Made by a program: the position numbers and the translations under genes. Positions 28,668-42,152 of a DNA stretch of 64,000 nt are shown one piece after another (position 1 is the first letter of the stretch; each line of letters opens with the position of its first letter). The notes under the pieces are model-generated. The model saw only the letters and a list, made by a program, of their open reading frames with translations. It was not told the origin of the DNA and did not search any database. The DNA is from an uncultured Poribacteria bacterium (lineage in GTDB: Bacteria > Poribacteria > WGA-4E > WGA-3G), in the NCBI GenBank assembly GCA_958296135.2, contig CATQHZ020000001.1, forward strand, positions 1,024,001-1,088,000, written 5' to 3'.

Positions 28668-29726
28668 ATGGAAAAACTAAAGCTTGGTATTATCGGTGCA
28701 GGCGGCATCGTCTGCAGAATGCACTTGCCAGACTTGGCGCAAGGCACCGATTTTGAGGTATCAGTCATCGGCGGCAGGCGCGAACATCGCCTCAAACATC
28801 AGTGTGAACAGTTCAACATTCCACATTGGACGCAAGATTACGATGCTATTATCGCGGATGACTCGCTGGATGCGATTCTCGTTGGCACGCCGCACCCGTT
28901 GCATGTCTCGTGGGGTGTCAAAGCGTTGGGTGCTGGCAAGCATGTCTTGATGCAGAAGCCGCTCTGTGGCGAGATGGCGGAGGCGAATCAGTTTGTCGCC
29001 GCGGCGGAGGCGAGTGGTGCGACGGTGATGTGTCTGCCGCATTTCAATGCCGCTATCTACAAAATCCGGCGGCTTATCTCTGAAGACGCGATCGGTAGAG
29101 TTTCGGGCGCTCGGATGCGGAGCAGCCACGGCGGTCCGGAGATTTACTACGCCGAAATTCGCGATATTTTCGGGGAGACCGGGGACGATTTGTGGTTTTT
29201 TGATGCGAAACAGGCTAGCGTTGGTGCACTCTTTGACATGGGCGTTTATGCTGTCTCCGGGCTGGTCGCGATGCTTGGCACGTTTAAACGGGTTACCGGC
29301 TTCGTTTCAACGTTTGACAAACCTACGGCATTAGAGGATGTCGCTACCCTCGTGCTAGAGATGGAATCCGGTGGTATTGTTACGGCTGAGACGAGTTGGT
29401 GCGACCCGGCCCGCACCGGCGAGGCAAGCGTCCACGGCACGGCTGGCAAGTTGACGATGCCCGGTAAAGATGGCGCGATGCTCAGTCAGTGGACACCTAC
29501 CTCTTACACGCGCGAACATGCCCCTGTTGATGTCAAGGTGCTTGACTGTTCGGATGCTGCGCCGAGTGGGATGCATGCACATTTCGCCGAGTGCATTCGT
29601 GAGGGCATGCAACCGCCGCTCTCGAACGTTTATACGGCGCGGCATGTCACCGAAATCCTTCTGGCGGGCCTTGCATCGTCCGAGAAGGGGATGGCGGTGA
29701 CGCTCACGACGCGAGCGGATAAATAG
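28668..29726 (+). CDS. Gfo/Idh/MocA-family oxidoreductase
   Basis: GIIGAGG, GKHVLMQKP, GALFDMGVY. Confidence 0.9.
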   Translation: MEKLKLGIIGAGGIVCRMHLPDLAQGTDFEVSVIGGRREHRLKHQCEQFNIPHWTQDYDAIIADDSLDAILVGTPHPLHVSWGVKALGAGKHVLMQKPLCGEMAEANQFVAAAEASGATVMCLPHFNAAIYKIRRLISEDAIGRVSGARMRSSHGGPEIYYAEIRDIFGETGDDLWFFDAKQASVGALFDMGVYAVSGLVAMLGTFKRVTGFVSTFDKPTALEDVATLVLEMESGGIVTAETSWCDPARTGEASVHGTAGKLTMPGKDGAMLSQWTPTSYTREHAPVDVKVLDCSDAAPSGMHAHFAECIREGMQPPLSNVYTARHVTEILLAGLASSEKGMAVTLTTRADK

Positions 29727-29812
29727 GGAGCCCGCGATAGGCGCGCTTTGAAAGCGCGCCTCCCAGGCCGCTTGTTTCCGTGGGCTCGGTTTACCACCGC
29801 GCCTTGACGCGC

Positions 29813-30182
29813 CTAACCTAAGCTGGCGTGAAATTCATACCAGTCATCGAGGTTATTGAGATTGACAGCGTCTAGGATAGAGCCGTCGTCCTCAAGTCCG
29901 TTCGCGGCGAGGATACCCTTGCGGGTGTCATCGTCGTGGATGTAGCCTTCGATTGTGGCGTTGAGTTTCGCGACGGCCTCGGCATCCAGGCTGCCGCCGC
30001 TTTGCTCCAATACCCAGGTCTCGAACTGCGGGTAAGTCGGCGAGTTGTCCGCGATATAGGCGAGCGTTGCGTCCTTGTCAAGCCCGAGGGCATCTAGCAC
30101 CAGCTGATCGTAGCCCATCCCGCACGCCGGGTAATCCTCATGGAGGACACCCTTCGCGTGCATTCGGAATTATTCCTGCCAT
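29813..30182 (-). pseudogene. DUF5069-like gene with an apparent frameshifting 5' deletion
   Basis: AAGGAG RBS plus ATG 30182 (MAGIIP) is out of frame with the body HAKG...GYDQLVLDALG...NNLDDW (29813..30163). Confidence 0.55.
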
Positions 30183-30289
30183 TTTGTTTGCTCCTTTTGT
30201 TGTGACGATGGGCCCCGTTGCCCATCATTATGAAATGTGCCCACATGATAGCATAACGCCCCAGAAAATGAAAGAAAAATTTAAAAGAG

Positions 30290-30319
30290 TTGACATCCAT
30301 GACGTATTTCATATATAAT
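30290..30319 (+). promoter_or_regulatory. Sigma70 promoter, probable leaderless mRNA
   Basis: TTGACA-18-TATAAT; ATG 30326 lies at the expected +1. Confidence 0.65.
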
Positions 30320-30325
30320 ATGTCT

Positions 30326-30637
30326 ATGGAAGCTCGAAACATTATTTTACCGAATCTGACGAAGGAAATCCATCAGGAAAGCCTTGAACTGGGCTTCCAA
30401 CTGGGCTTCCAACTGGGCTTCCAATTGGGCTTCCAACAGGGACGCGAGGAAGGTGAAAGAATAGGGGCTCTCAACGTGCTTCTCAGGCTCCTCGAGGTCC
30501 GCTTTGAACCCGAGGCCGCGCAGACTTTAAAGCCGTTCCTTGAAACTATCGCGGATCCTGCCCGGCTGGAGCGATTAGTCCCCACCGCCGCGCAGGCACC
30601 AAACCTGCAAACGTTCTTGAAACATTTGGCAGAATAG
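30326..30637 (+). CDS. Orphan Rpn C-terminal-like (RpnS-like) protein
   Basis: LGFQ x3, QGREEG, LEVRF, AQTLKPFLETIADPARLERL...QAPNL; similar to 16228..16542. Confidence 0.7.
   Translation: MEARNIILPNLTKEIHQESLELGFQLGFQLGFQLGFQQGREEGERIGALNVLLRLLEVRFEPEAAQTLKPFLETIADPARLERLVPTAAQAPNLQTFLKHLAE
30389..30436 (+). repeat. 12-bp tandem repeat ((c/t)tgggcttccaa x4)
   Basis: Directly visible. Confidence 0.9.
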
Positions 30638-30738
30638 GCACACACCGCCGCGACAATAATCCTATGGGGTTTAGTAGTAAGTAGTTAAGAAGAAAAGTAG
30701 TTGGGCGAGGGCTGTTCCTTCTGCACTGAACCCTTTCT

Positions 30739-31803
30739 ATGGAGAGTGACGCGATGAATGCAACTTATCAACTTAACCATGAATGGGAGCAACTCGCGCG
30801 GCGGGTTGTGGCCGCGCAGCAGCTCGTGCTTGTCATCGGTTCATCTGATGCAGGTAAATCGACTTTCTGCCGATTTTTGGCAGATGTTGCTGTTGCTGAG
30901 GGGTTAAAGGTGGGTTTCGTTGACGCGGATATCGGGCAGTCCGAAATTGGGCCGCCGACGACAATCGGGCTGAAATGCTTCGCGCCGCCGATGGAGACAC
31001 CGATTGAGCGTGATGGGCGCGCGGACGCGCTCTACTTTGTCGGTGCTGTTTCTCCTCGGCGCAATCTGCTGGAGGTAGTCACCGGCACGCGGCGGATGGT
31101 AGACGCGGCGCGCGATGCCGAGTGTGATTTTATCGTCGTTGACACGACCGGGTATGTTCATGATAACGCCGCCATCGTGCTGAAACAGCACAAAATCGAA
31201 CTTCTCCAACCGAACCATCTTGTCTGTATCGGGCGTTCGACGGAATTGGAACAGATAACCGCGGGCTACAGTCAGCAGAGGTGGCTTGCTGTTCATCACC
31301 TCTTGCCGCATCCGCGCGTCCGGTCGAAGAGCAATAAGGCGCGCGCTCGGCACAGGAAATCGCGGTTGAGTGCCTATTTTGCTGATAGCACCGTGCAACA
31401 AGTGCCGTTTGATCAGATTCGCGGGGTACGCACCCCCTTTTTCATTGGGCGCATCGCGAACGAGAAAGAGTTGGAGATTTTGACGCGCTTGACGGAGACC
31501 GGGGTTCATCATGCCGAGTGGGGAAACCGGACTTTGTGCCTCATCGCATCCGTGCATCTCTCCAAGGCAGCGATAGCCTCCCTCAAAAACTATCTGAGTT
31601 TGGAGCGTGTGACAACGGAGGTTCGCGCCGCCTTTACAAATCGGTTGGTTGGACTTATCGGGACATCGGGGGACATCCTCTCTGTCGGTATCATTGAGGT
31701 GTTTGACTTCCAAAAACGCGAACTCAGCATCCGTTGCAAACCGGGAGTAGCGAAGGATGCCTGCACTCTCCAATTTGGCGATTACCGAATTGAAGCATCA
31801 TGA
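30739..31803 (+). CDS. Clp1/Grc3/Nol9-family polynucleotide 5'-kinase
   Basis: GSSDAGKST, DADIGQSEIGPP, VDTTG, LKQHKIELLQP. Confidence 0.85.
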   Translation: MESDAMNATYQLNHEWEQLARRVVAAQQLVLVIGSSDAGKSTFCRFLADVAVAEGLKVGFVDADIGQSEIGPPTTIGLKCFAPPMETPIERDGRADALYFVGAVSPRRNLLEVVTGTRRMVDAARDAECDFIVVDTTGYVHDNAAIVLKQHKIELLQPNHLVCIGRSTELEQITAGYSQQRWLAVHHLLPHPRVRSKSNKARARHRKSRLSAYFADSTVQQVPFDQIRGVRTPFFIGRIANEKELEILTRLTETGVHHAEWGNRTLCLIASVHLSKAAIASLKNYLSLERVTTEVRAAFTNRLVGLIGTSGDILSVGIIEVFDFQKRELSIRCKPGVAKDACTLQFGDYRIEAS

Positions 31804-33647
31804 GGGTATCGAACGCATCCTTGAACAAGCAATTCTTAGGTCTCTACAAACGATTTGCCCGGTATCACGCGCCTTATCTCGTCTCCATTATTCTTGCGGC
31901 GGCATGTGCTGTCATCATCGCGTTCTGCGATTTGGGTGCCCTCACGCTCTTTACCAATACCGTTGATGCGTTTGCGGCTGTCAGCGGTAGTACTTACGAA
32001 GAGCCTGTCGCTATCCGCTATTTTGAAATTAAAGGCATTTTTAGTTTTGAAGGGTTTGAAATTGTGCTGCCCGATGCTGGCGCGGCACTGCGCGCTATCT
32101 TGTGGCTATTAGGCGGCTTCCTTGTCCTCTTCGCGCTCAAAGGCATTTTTGTTTATGGTAATGACTATCTGATGGCGCGCGTTGGGCACAAAGTCGCCTT
32201 TCGCTTGCGGAACGCGCTCTATCAGCGGCTTGTCTCTGCGCCCTTAGAGACACTCCGAGATGAACGCAGCGGCGATCTGATGACGCGCGTTACCGACGAT
32301 GTGCGGGTGTGGCAGAACGCCATCGCCTCCATGGCGAACATTCTCCGTGCCGTTACCCTGGTCATCGTTTTTATGTGCGTGATGCTCATCCAGAGTTTTC
32401 GGATGACGGTTTTTGCGCTGCTTCTCCTTCCGCTGCTCGCTTATCTCATCACCTCCATCGGCGTGCGCATCCGCAAAACCAGCACCGACATTCAGCAGCG
32501 CAGCGCGGACATTTACTCACAACTGAAAGAGGCGCTTTTCGGTATCAAGATTATCAAAAGTTTCACGGCTGAGCCTGCGGAGTTGGAACGCTTCCGCGCG
32601 GTGAACTGGAGTCAATACTGCTCGGCGATGCGGCGTGCGCGCTTGGCAGCGTTTTTACCGCCAGCGATTGAGTGGCTCAGTGCTGTCGGCATGGCCGCCG
32701 TCTTCGGAATTGGATGCTGGGAGGTTATTGCTGGTTCGCTTTCAACAGGCGATTTCATCGGCTATATCGCGATGGTAGCACTGATGCTGAAACCGGTGAA
32801 GACTATCGGTGGCGTGAACACGGTGTTGCAACAGAGTCTCGCATCTGCGGAACGGATTTTTTATGTGTTGGAGCTACGCACGGAAGCGCGTGGGGAAGCC
32901 GCGCCCGAATTGCGGAACGTGCGCGGGGATGTTGCCTTTCACAACGTCTCTTTTGCCTATCATCAAGAACCTACCTTGAAGAACATCACTTTTGCGGCGA
33001 AGCAAGGTGAGGTAATCGCGCTTGTCGGGCCGAGCGGCAGTGGGAAGACGACGCTGCTCAACCTCCTGTTACGTTTCTATGAGGTGAACACCGGCACGAT
33101 TGCGATTGACGGTATGCGCATTTGCGAAGTGACGCTAGAATCCCTGCGCCGAAACATCGCGCTTGTCCCCCAAGATACGTTCCTTTTTGACGGTACTGTC
33201 TTAGAGAATATCGGCTACGGTTGTCCCGGTGCGTCTCGCGAGGCGATTGTCTCGGCGGCGCGGCAGGCGAACGCGCACGAGTTTATTAGCAACATGCCGC
33301 AGGGATATGATACGCCGATTGGGGAGGCAGGCGCGCGTCTTTCCGGTGGCGAACAGCAGCGGCTTTCTATTGCCCGCGCGCTGCTCAAAGATGCACCCAT
33401 TCTCGTGTTAGACGAGGCCACATCTTCGTTGGATACGCATTCGGAGGCGCTCATCCAAAAGTCATTGACGCATCTGATGGCGGGGAGAACTTGTTTTATC
33501 ATCGCGCATCGGCTATCCACTGTGGTACGCGCTGACAAAATCCTCGTCCTCCACGGCGGCGAGATTTTGGAAACGGGGACGCATGAGACGCTCTTGGCTG
33601 CGGGTGGGTTGTATCAGAAACTGTGCGAGATGCAATTTGGCGTTTGA
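31800..33647 (+). CDS. ABC exporter, TMD+NBD (MsbA-like)
   Basis: N-terminal TM domain; GPSGSGKT, LSGGEQQR, LDEATSSLD, IAHRLST. Confidence 0.9.
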   Translation: MRVSNASLNKQFLGLYKRFARYHAPYLVSIILAAACAVIIAFCDLGALTLFTNTVDAFAAVSGSTYEEPVAIRYFEIKGIFSFEGFEIVLPDAGAALRAILWLLGGFLVLFALKGIFVYGNDYLMARVGHKVAFRLRNALYQRLVSAPLETLRDERSGDLMTRVTDDVRVWQNAIASMANILRAVTLVIVFMCVMLIQSFRMTVFALLLLPLLAYLITSIGVRIRKTSTDIQQRSADIYSQLKEALFGIKIIKSFTAEPAELERFRAVNWSQYCSAMRRARLAAFLPPAIEWLSAVGMAAVFGIGCWEVIAGSLSTGDFIGYIAMVALMLKPVKTIGGVNTVLQQSLASAERIFYVLELRTEARGEAAPELRNVRGDVAFHNVSFAYHQEPTLKNITFAAKQGEVIALVGPSGSGKTTLLNLLLRFYEVNTGTIAIDGMRICEVTLESLRRNIALVPQDTFLFDGTVLENIGYGCPGASREAIVSAARQANAHEFISNMPQGYDTPIGEAGARLSGGEQQRLSIARALLKDAPILVLDEATSSLDTHSEALIQKSLTHLMAGRTCFIIAHRLSTVVRADKILVLHGGEILETGTHETLLAAGGLYQKLCEMQFGV

Positions 33648-33854
33648 TATGAAGTTTCGTTAAGGGCGGTATTTCTTATGTTTTGATACCTCTGTGTTTT
33701 GCGCGATGTCTCGGAGGTTTCATACGCGATTGAAAACCGCGCCAGCCGAAAAATTCGATTTTTGCGTCCCTTCCGAAAAAAACGCATCTTAAGTAAACCT
33801 CTTTCCCCTCGTTAACGTCATAATAGGTAACAAGAAGGTAGAATTCTGCGGAGA

Positions 33855-33887
33855 GAAGAAAAGCCCTAACCTGAGACAGATTAGGGC
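33855..33887 (-). terminator. Probable intrinsic terminator
   Basis: gccctaa...ttagggc stem followed by a U-rich tract on the minus strand. Confidence 0.55.
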
Positions 33888-33898
33888 ATTCTGTAGAC

Positions 33899-34474
33899 TT
33901 AATTCCGTCCCTTTTTGGTAATGGCACCTTCCAGGTCTGCCTCACGGTAGACGGCTTCGGAGAGATCGACTTCGTAGAGGTAGGCACCTCTGAAATTTGC
34001 ACCGAGGAGGATAACGCCTTTCAGTTTAATTTCCCCGAAAATTGCCTCTTCGAGATTTGCATTTTCAAAGGTGGTTAAGGTGCCGAAGGGGCCTGGGATT
34101 ATGCAGTTCGGACAGCCGACGGTTGCCTTGCGTAGATTCGCGCGCCGGAAGTTGGTGCCGCTGAGCAAGCTCCCGCTGAGGAATGCGCCGTGTAAATCTG
34201 CTTCCTCGAAAATTGCGTCCGTGAGGTTAGCCCCGACGAGGTAGGTGCGGTGTAAAATGGCCCCGGTGAGGTTCGCGCCGGTGAGATTGGCGTCGTTTAG
34301 ATTTGCGTCCGTTAAATCGGTTTTGCGCAGGTCTGCCCCGCTCAGGTTCGCGGCGGACAGTTCGAGCCCGGGGAGCGATTGTTGTGCCAGATCGAGGTTC
34401 GCTAGATGTTCACCGGAGAAGGATGCCCCGGCGAGGGCCCCTTTGATAATATCACTTTGCGTGAGTTGCTGCAT
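33899..34474 (-). CDS. Pentapeptide repeat protein
   Basis: A(N/D)LxG repeats; GGAGG RBS before ATG 34474. Confidence 0.9.
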   Translation of the reverse strand: MQQLTQSDIIKGALAGASFSGEHLANLDLAQQSLPGLELSAANLSGADLRKTDLTDANLNDANLTGANLTGAILHRTYLVGANLTDAIFEEADLHGAFLSGSLLSGTNFRRANLRKATVGCPNCIIPGPFGTLTTFENANLEEAIFGEIKLKGVILLGANFRGAYLYEVDLSEAVYREADLEGAITKKGRN

Positions 34475-34669
34475 GAATTGCCTCCAATTTTTCAGAATCA
34501 GCCCGACGCGGGCGCGCGTTGTGAGCGCGTCTACGAGCTGCTGGGTATGATGGAATTTGCGTAAGTCCTGCGAGATTATAAAATAGAGTATACCATATAA
34601 ACAGAGAAAAGTTAAATTGTTTTTCGGTGGTGCGCCTGCCGGAAAATGCAAACGCTATGAGGTGATGAG

Positions 34670-36319
34670 ATGAGAGAGTTTTACGCCTTCTATCCAACCG
34701 AGGATGAGTTTCTCCCTGCTGAGGAGAAGCGCGAGGAGTATCCGAGTACGCCGAAGGATGAGAACTTCGCGTATCTGCAAAAAATCGCGAGGACTCCCTT
34801 GCTGGAGCCGGGTGAGGAGCGGGCCCTCTTCAAAAAATATCGGGAGGGTTTGCAGACATTCATGGGGCGGTTAAATCGGTTTCCCACGTGGATGCTTGCC
34901 TCGCTAGAATTCCCTCGGAACCGCGCCGCTAGCGGTGATTACACATTTGAGCCCGCGCAATCAGAACACGGAACTATTCTGGACCAGGTGCGCGCCCATG
35001 TCCACAACATCGGCGATTTATTGGAACGCCTGGAAGAAAAGGCGGAGAGCCTCGCGCGGGCAGAGGCTACGATTTTTGAGGGGAACGCGCATCTCCTGAA
35101 AAAGTATGTCGAGGCGACTTCGCCGGCGGCAGCGCGGGCGCGACTTACGCCTACCGAATTGTGGCGTGCTGCGCGCTTCGGGCTTCAGCGAGCTATTGAA
35201 GAGTGTGATACGCGCCGCGGTGAGGAATTTCGGGCGTACGCGTGCCGCTCTATCCGCCGCAGCATCAACGCCCTGGCGAAACGGCAGGCGGGCTTGAAAA
35301 AGCGGGCGGATGGTGCTCCCGATGTCGCGTCCCGCATGCAAACGCTTCTCCGCGCAGTGCCGTTGAGCCCGGTGGAAGAGGCGCTCGCTTTCGAGGAGTT
35401 TGGCCTCCTCCAATATGAGGTGACGCAGCTGCTGCGGAAGCTGCCGGCTGGCATTTTGCCGGAACAAGCGGCGGCTTGGAAGCCTCGCACGCTTCGTTTT
35501 ATCCTCAACGAGATTCGCGATGAATTCGCGTATATTGAGTGGCTGTGGAACAAGCTGGAGGCGGCGGATGAGGTGACGCACACCACGAAGCTGGAAATTG
35601 TGGAAGCGAACCTGCGTCTTGTCGCTAGTATTGCTAAGCAGCACCACTTCAGCAAAACCTCGCTCACCTTCCTCGATTTGATGCAGGAAGGGAGCCTTGG
35701 GTTGATGAAGGCTGTCGATAAATTTGACTACACGCTTAGTTATCGCTTCAGCACTTACGCGACCTGGTGGATCATGCAGGCTATCAAACGCGCGTTGGAC
35801 CAGCAGGGCCAGTTGATTCGTGTGCCGTGCTATATTGGTGAGGCACACCGCGCGATAAAGCTCGCGCAGTCCACCCTCACGGGGGAGCTCGGCCGTGAGC
35901 CGACGACGAAGGAGATAGCGGCCGAGGTGGGGCTTTCCGAGCAGAAGGTGATGGAGATTTTCCAAGCGACAAAAGAACCGGTGAGTCTAGATGCCCCGAT
36001 CGATGAGAGTTCGCCGGACAGCGCGTTCTCTGAGTTAATTCCGGATTCGTCCCAGATTACGCCGGAGAGTTACCTCGTCAGTTACTCGAAAATGGAGGCT
36101 ATCATCGAGGTGCTCAACAGGGCGCTGAATCCGCGGGAGACGCACGTTATCGCGTTGCGGTACGGGATAATTGATGGCACCGAGTACACCCTCGCCGACA
36201 TCAGTGGCAAGCTTCGCATCAGCCGCGAGCGTGTCCGTCAGATAGAGGGTGAGGCACTCGTAAAGCTGCAGTCGCACGATTCCAAGGCATTGCTGAAGGA
36301 GTTGCTGCTGAATGGGTAG
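34670..36319 (+). CDS. Sigma70-family (RpoD-like) sigma factor with a duplicated degenerate region 1.2-2
   Basis: [50 protein letters not shown]. Confidence 0.9.
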   Translation: MREFYAFYPTEDEFLPAEEKREEYPSTPKDENFAYLQKIARTPLLEPGEERALFKKYREGLQTFMGRLNRFPTWMLASLEFPRNRAASGDYTFEPAQSEHGTILDQVRAHVHNIGDLLERLEEKAESLARAEATIFEGNAHLLKKYVEATSPAAARARLTPTELWRAARFGLQRAIEECDTRRGEEFRAYACRSIRRSINALAKRQAGLKKRADGAPDVASRMQTLLRAVPLSPVEEALAFEEFGLLQYEVTQLLRKLPAGILPEQAAAWKPRTLRFILNEIRDEFAYIEWLWNKLEAADEVTHTTKLEIVEANLRLVASIAKQHHFSKTSLTFLDLMQEGSLGLMKAVDKFDYTLSYRFSTYATWWIMQAIKRALDQQGQLIRVPCYIGEAHRAIKLAQSTLTGELGREPTTKEIAAEVGLSEQKVMEIFQATKEPVSLDAPIDESSPDSAFSELIPDSSQITPESYLVSYSKMEAIIEVLNRALNPRETHVIALRYGIIDGTEYTLADISGKLRISRERVRQIEGEALVKLQSHDSKALLKELLLNG

Positions 36320-36421
36320 GTTTATGAGGCGCGGTTTGTAACCGCGCCTACCGGGAATTTGCCTCTCTGTAGGTAGGGCTCGCCAGGGCCCTACCTATTT
36401 TTAGATTTTGCGAATAGACAC

Positions 36422-39422
<3,001 letters not shown>

Positions 39423-39486
39423 ATTGTAGGCCTCCCGCGGCCGGGCCCGGTAGGTGCGGTTTTCAACCGCGCCTGCTCGTCCCAAC

Positions 39487-41379
39487 TTATGCACGTAGCT
39501 TTCCATTGTGTGTAGCACACAAATCACACGTCTTGCAACGGTAATCTTTCTCGATGTCTTCGTCGAAGTATTCGCGGATAACGCGAGTGCGGCAGGTTGC
39601 CTCTAACGCATAAAAAACCACCTTATCGATTTGTTGGCGTTTTCGGCGGACATAATCCCCCACCTCAATTTGTTCTTCTGTTAGCGGGTTGAAGAGTTCA
39701 CTGTCGAGGATCAACTCAATTAGCATCAGGTCTTCTTGTCCGCGATATTGGATATATCCGTCGCTTAGCAACTCGGCGAGGTGCTCCATCACCGCGTTTG
39801 GGTTCAATCCTGTGGCCTTGGATAAATCCAAAATTTTCTGCTGCCTTCCCTGCTGTAGATGGCTCAGCAGACGTTGCTGCGCGGTGTCTGCCAGTATCGG
39901 TGAGTTTTGCATGGAATGTCCGAAACGCACTGAGACTTGCGATGGCACATGATACCATCTTTTTAGAAAGCCGAGTTTCTCCAGATAGCTGAGGCAGCCC
40001 AGGATTTTTCCGCTTTTAAACCCGCTCATCCACTCCAATTCATCGTTGGCGATGGTTCGGTAGGGTCCTGCGCCCTCAAAATTCTCAATTACCTTGAGGA
40101 GTTTCAGTAATGAGGGTTTATCCGGTGCGTTTTCCTTGATGAACCATTCGTGCAGTTTCCTGTCTTCGGGACAGTAGAGCAAGACGCACTGCGAGTCTTC
40201 GCCGTCTCTGCCGGCCCTGCCGATTTCTTGACAATATTCTTCAAGCGTGCCGGTCATCGTCCAATGCACGATGTATCGGATGTCTGGTTTGTCGATGCCC
40301 ATGCCGAAGGCGTTTGTTGCGACGACGATGTTTAGCCCGTTTTCGCTGTTGTCAAAAAAGGCTTCTTGGACGCGCGTGCGTTGGTGGGGTTCAAGTCCTG
40401 CGTGGTAGTGCTCGGCACGAAACCCGCGTGCTTTTAGGCGATTGGCGATGTCCTCCGTGTTTTTTCGGGTACCGGCGTAGATAATCCCGTTGTCGTCTGC
40501 CGCATTTTCATACAAAAATGCGGCAAGTTGCTGATACTTTTCATCTTTATTACCGCTTTCTTGGACACTCAGTTTGAGATTCGGACGCTCGATTCCTTGC
40601 GTCATCACCTTGGGTGTGGGGATATGGAGCAGATTCAGCACATCTTCGCGGATCTCTGGCGGTGCGGTTGCGGTGAAGAGGGCGATGCCGTGCGGTTGGA
40701 GCGCGTCTAGCGTATCGCGGAGGGCTAGATACGCTGGCCGGAAATCGCGTCCCCATTGCGAAATACAGTGTGCCTCGTCGATGACGAATAGGGAGATGGT
40801 GCAGGTGTTCAGCAGGGCTAGAAAACGTCGGCTCCGCAGGCGTTCTGGTGAGATATAGAGGAGTTTGACTTCGCCTTGCTGGATGCGTGCTAATTCAGAG
40901 CGGTATTCGTCAAACGTCTGGGTGCTGTTGATGAGGGCGATGTCGGCGATTCCCTGCGCTTTCAACGCGTCAACCTGGTTCTTCATCAGTGAGATGAGGG
41001 GTGTGATGACGACTGTGATGCCGGGTAGCATCAGCGCGGGCAGTTGATAACATAACGATTTGCCGTGTCCTGTTGGGAAGATGGCGAATACATTTTCGCC
41101 GCCCAAGATGGCATCAATGATTTCGCGTTGCCCGGCGCGGAATTTGGTATAGCCGAAGTGCGTGTTGAGCGCGGTGAGGAGTGCATCCGGCTGTTGAGAT
41201 TGGGGGGTCTCTCCTACCTGTCGAGACCGGGAGGTCTCTCCTACTGGGGAGTCGAGACCAGGGGTTTCTCCTACTGGGAGTCGAGACCGGGAGGTTTCTC
41301 CTACCGGGGAGGGGGCTACCTTATCTTCTAGTACTAGAATGGAGTCGACTTCTTCTAGAAGTGCTTGCAAATTGCTCAT
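39487..41379 (-). CDS. recQ: RecQ-family ATP-dependent DNA helicase
   Basis: PTGHGKSLCYQ, DEAHCISQWG, TATA, ATNAFGMGIDKPDIR, QEIGRAGRDG, Zn-binding Cys. Confidence 0.9.
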   Translation of the reverse strand: MSNLQALLEEVDSILVLEDKVAPSPVGETSRSRLPVGETPGLDSPVGETSRSRQVGETPQSQQPDALLTALNTHFGYTKFRAGQREIIDAILGGENVFAIFPTGHGKSLCYQLPALMLPGITVVITPLISLMKNQVDALKAQGIADIALINSTQTFDEYRSELARIQQGEVKLLYISPERLRSRRFLALLNTCTISLFVIDEAHCISQWGRDFRPAYLALRDTLDALQPHGIALFTATAPPEIREDVLNLLHIPTPKVMTQGIERPNLKLSVQESGNKDEKYQQLAAFLYENAADDNGIIYAGTRKNTEDIANRLKARGFRAEHYHAGLEPHQRTRVQEAFFDNSENGLNIVVATNAFGMGIDKPDIRYIVHWTMTGTLEEYCQEIGRAGRDGEDSQCVLLYCPEDRKLHEWFIKENAPDKPSLLKLLKVIENFEGAGPYRTIANDELEWMSGFKSGKILGCLSYLEKLGFLKRWYHVPSQVSVRFGHSMQNSPILADTAQQRLLSHLQQGRQQKILDLSKATGLNPNAVMEHLAELLSDGYIQYRGQEDLMLIELILDSELFNPLTEEQIEVGDYVRRKRQQIDKVVFYALEATCRTRVIREYFDEDIEKDYRCKTCDLCATHNGKLRA

Positions 41380-41444
41380 GGTATGTCTCAGTTACGGGGG
41401 ACAGGCCCCCGCGCTATGTTCGTAAGGGGGTTATCGCAGCGCCG

Positions 41445-42152
41445 TTAATCTTGAAAAAACCGGAAACGGAGGATGTGAAAAATCGCGGCGATGCCATCCT
41501 TCCAGTTGACGGTTTTCCCTTCGTGGTAATCCCTGCCGCGATAGGTAATGGGGACATCGACGATTCTGCATTTGCGCTTGGCGAGTTTCGCCGTGATTTC
41601 GGGCTCGAATCCGAACCGATCGGACTGGAGGGTAGCCGCGATTTCCTTCAACATCGGCGTTTTCATCACCTTGTAGCAGGTCTCCATGTCGGTAAGGTTT
41701 GTGCCGTTGACGACATTGGAGAGGAACGTGAGGAACCGATTCGCGAGATAACTCCGCAGCAAGCCTTCTTGTCTTCCCTCCATGAAACGTGAGCCGTAGA
41801 CGACATCTGCTTCGTCTGCCAGGATGGGCTGCAGCAATTTGGGGTAATCACTCGGGTCATATTCCAGGTCTGCATCTTGGATGAGGGTAATGTCGCCAGT
41901 GATATGTTGGAACCCGGTGCGGAGCGTTGCGCCTTTGCCCTTGTTCACGTCGTGATAAAAGATTTTCGTAGATGTCTCGGCAGCTGTCTTGATGCGTTTT
42001 AAGATTTCGCGCGTACCGTCTGTGGAACAGTCGTCAACGAGAATCAGTTCTTTTTGCATGCCGACATCAACGGCGACGATTTGGCGTAGAATCTCTTCTA
42101 GGTTCTCTGCCTCGTTGTAAATGGGAATGACAATAGTCAGCCTCGGCTCCAT
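41445..42152 (-). CDS. GT2 glycosyltransferase (DPM1-like)
   Basis: IPIYNE, VDDCSTDGT, QDADLEYDP, DMETCYK. Confidence 0.92.
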   Translation of the reverse strand: MEPRLTIVIPIYNEAENLEEILRQIVAVDVGMQKELILVDDCSTDGTREILKRIKTAAETSTKIFYHDVNKGKGATLRTGFQHITGDITLIQDADLEYDPSDYPKLLQPILADEADVVYGSRFMEGRQEGLLRSYLANRFLTFLSNVVNGTNLTDMETCYKVMKTPMLKEIAATLQSDRFGFEPEITAKLAKRKCRIVDVPITYRGRDYHEGKTVNWKDGIAAIFHILRFRFFQD

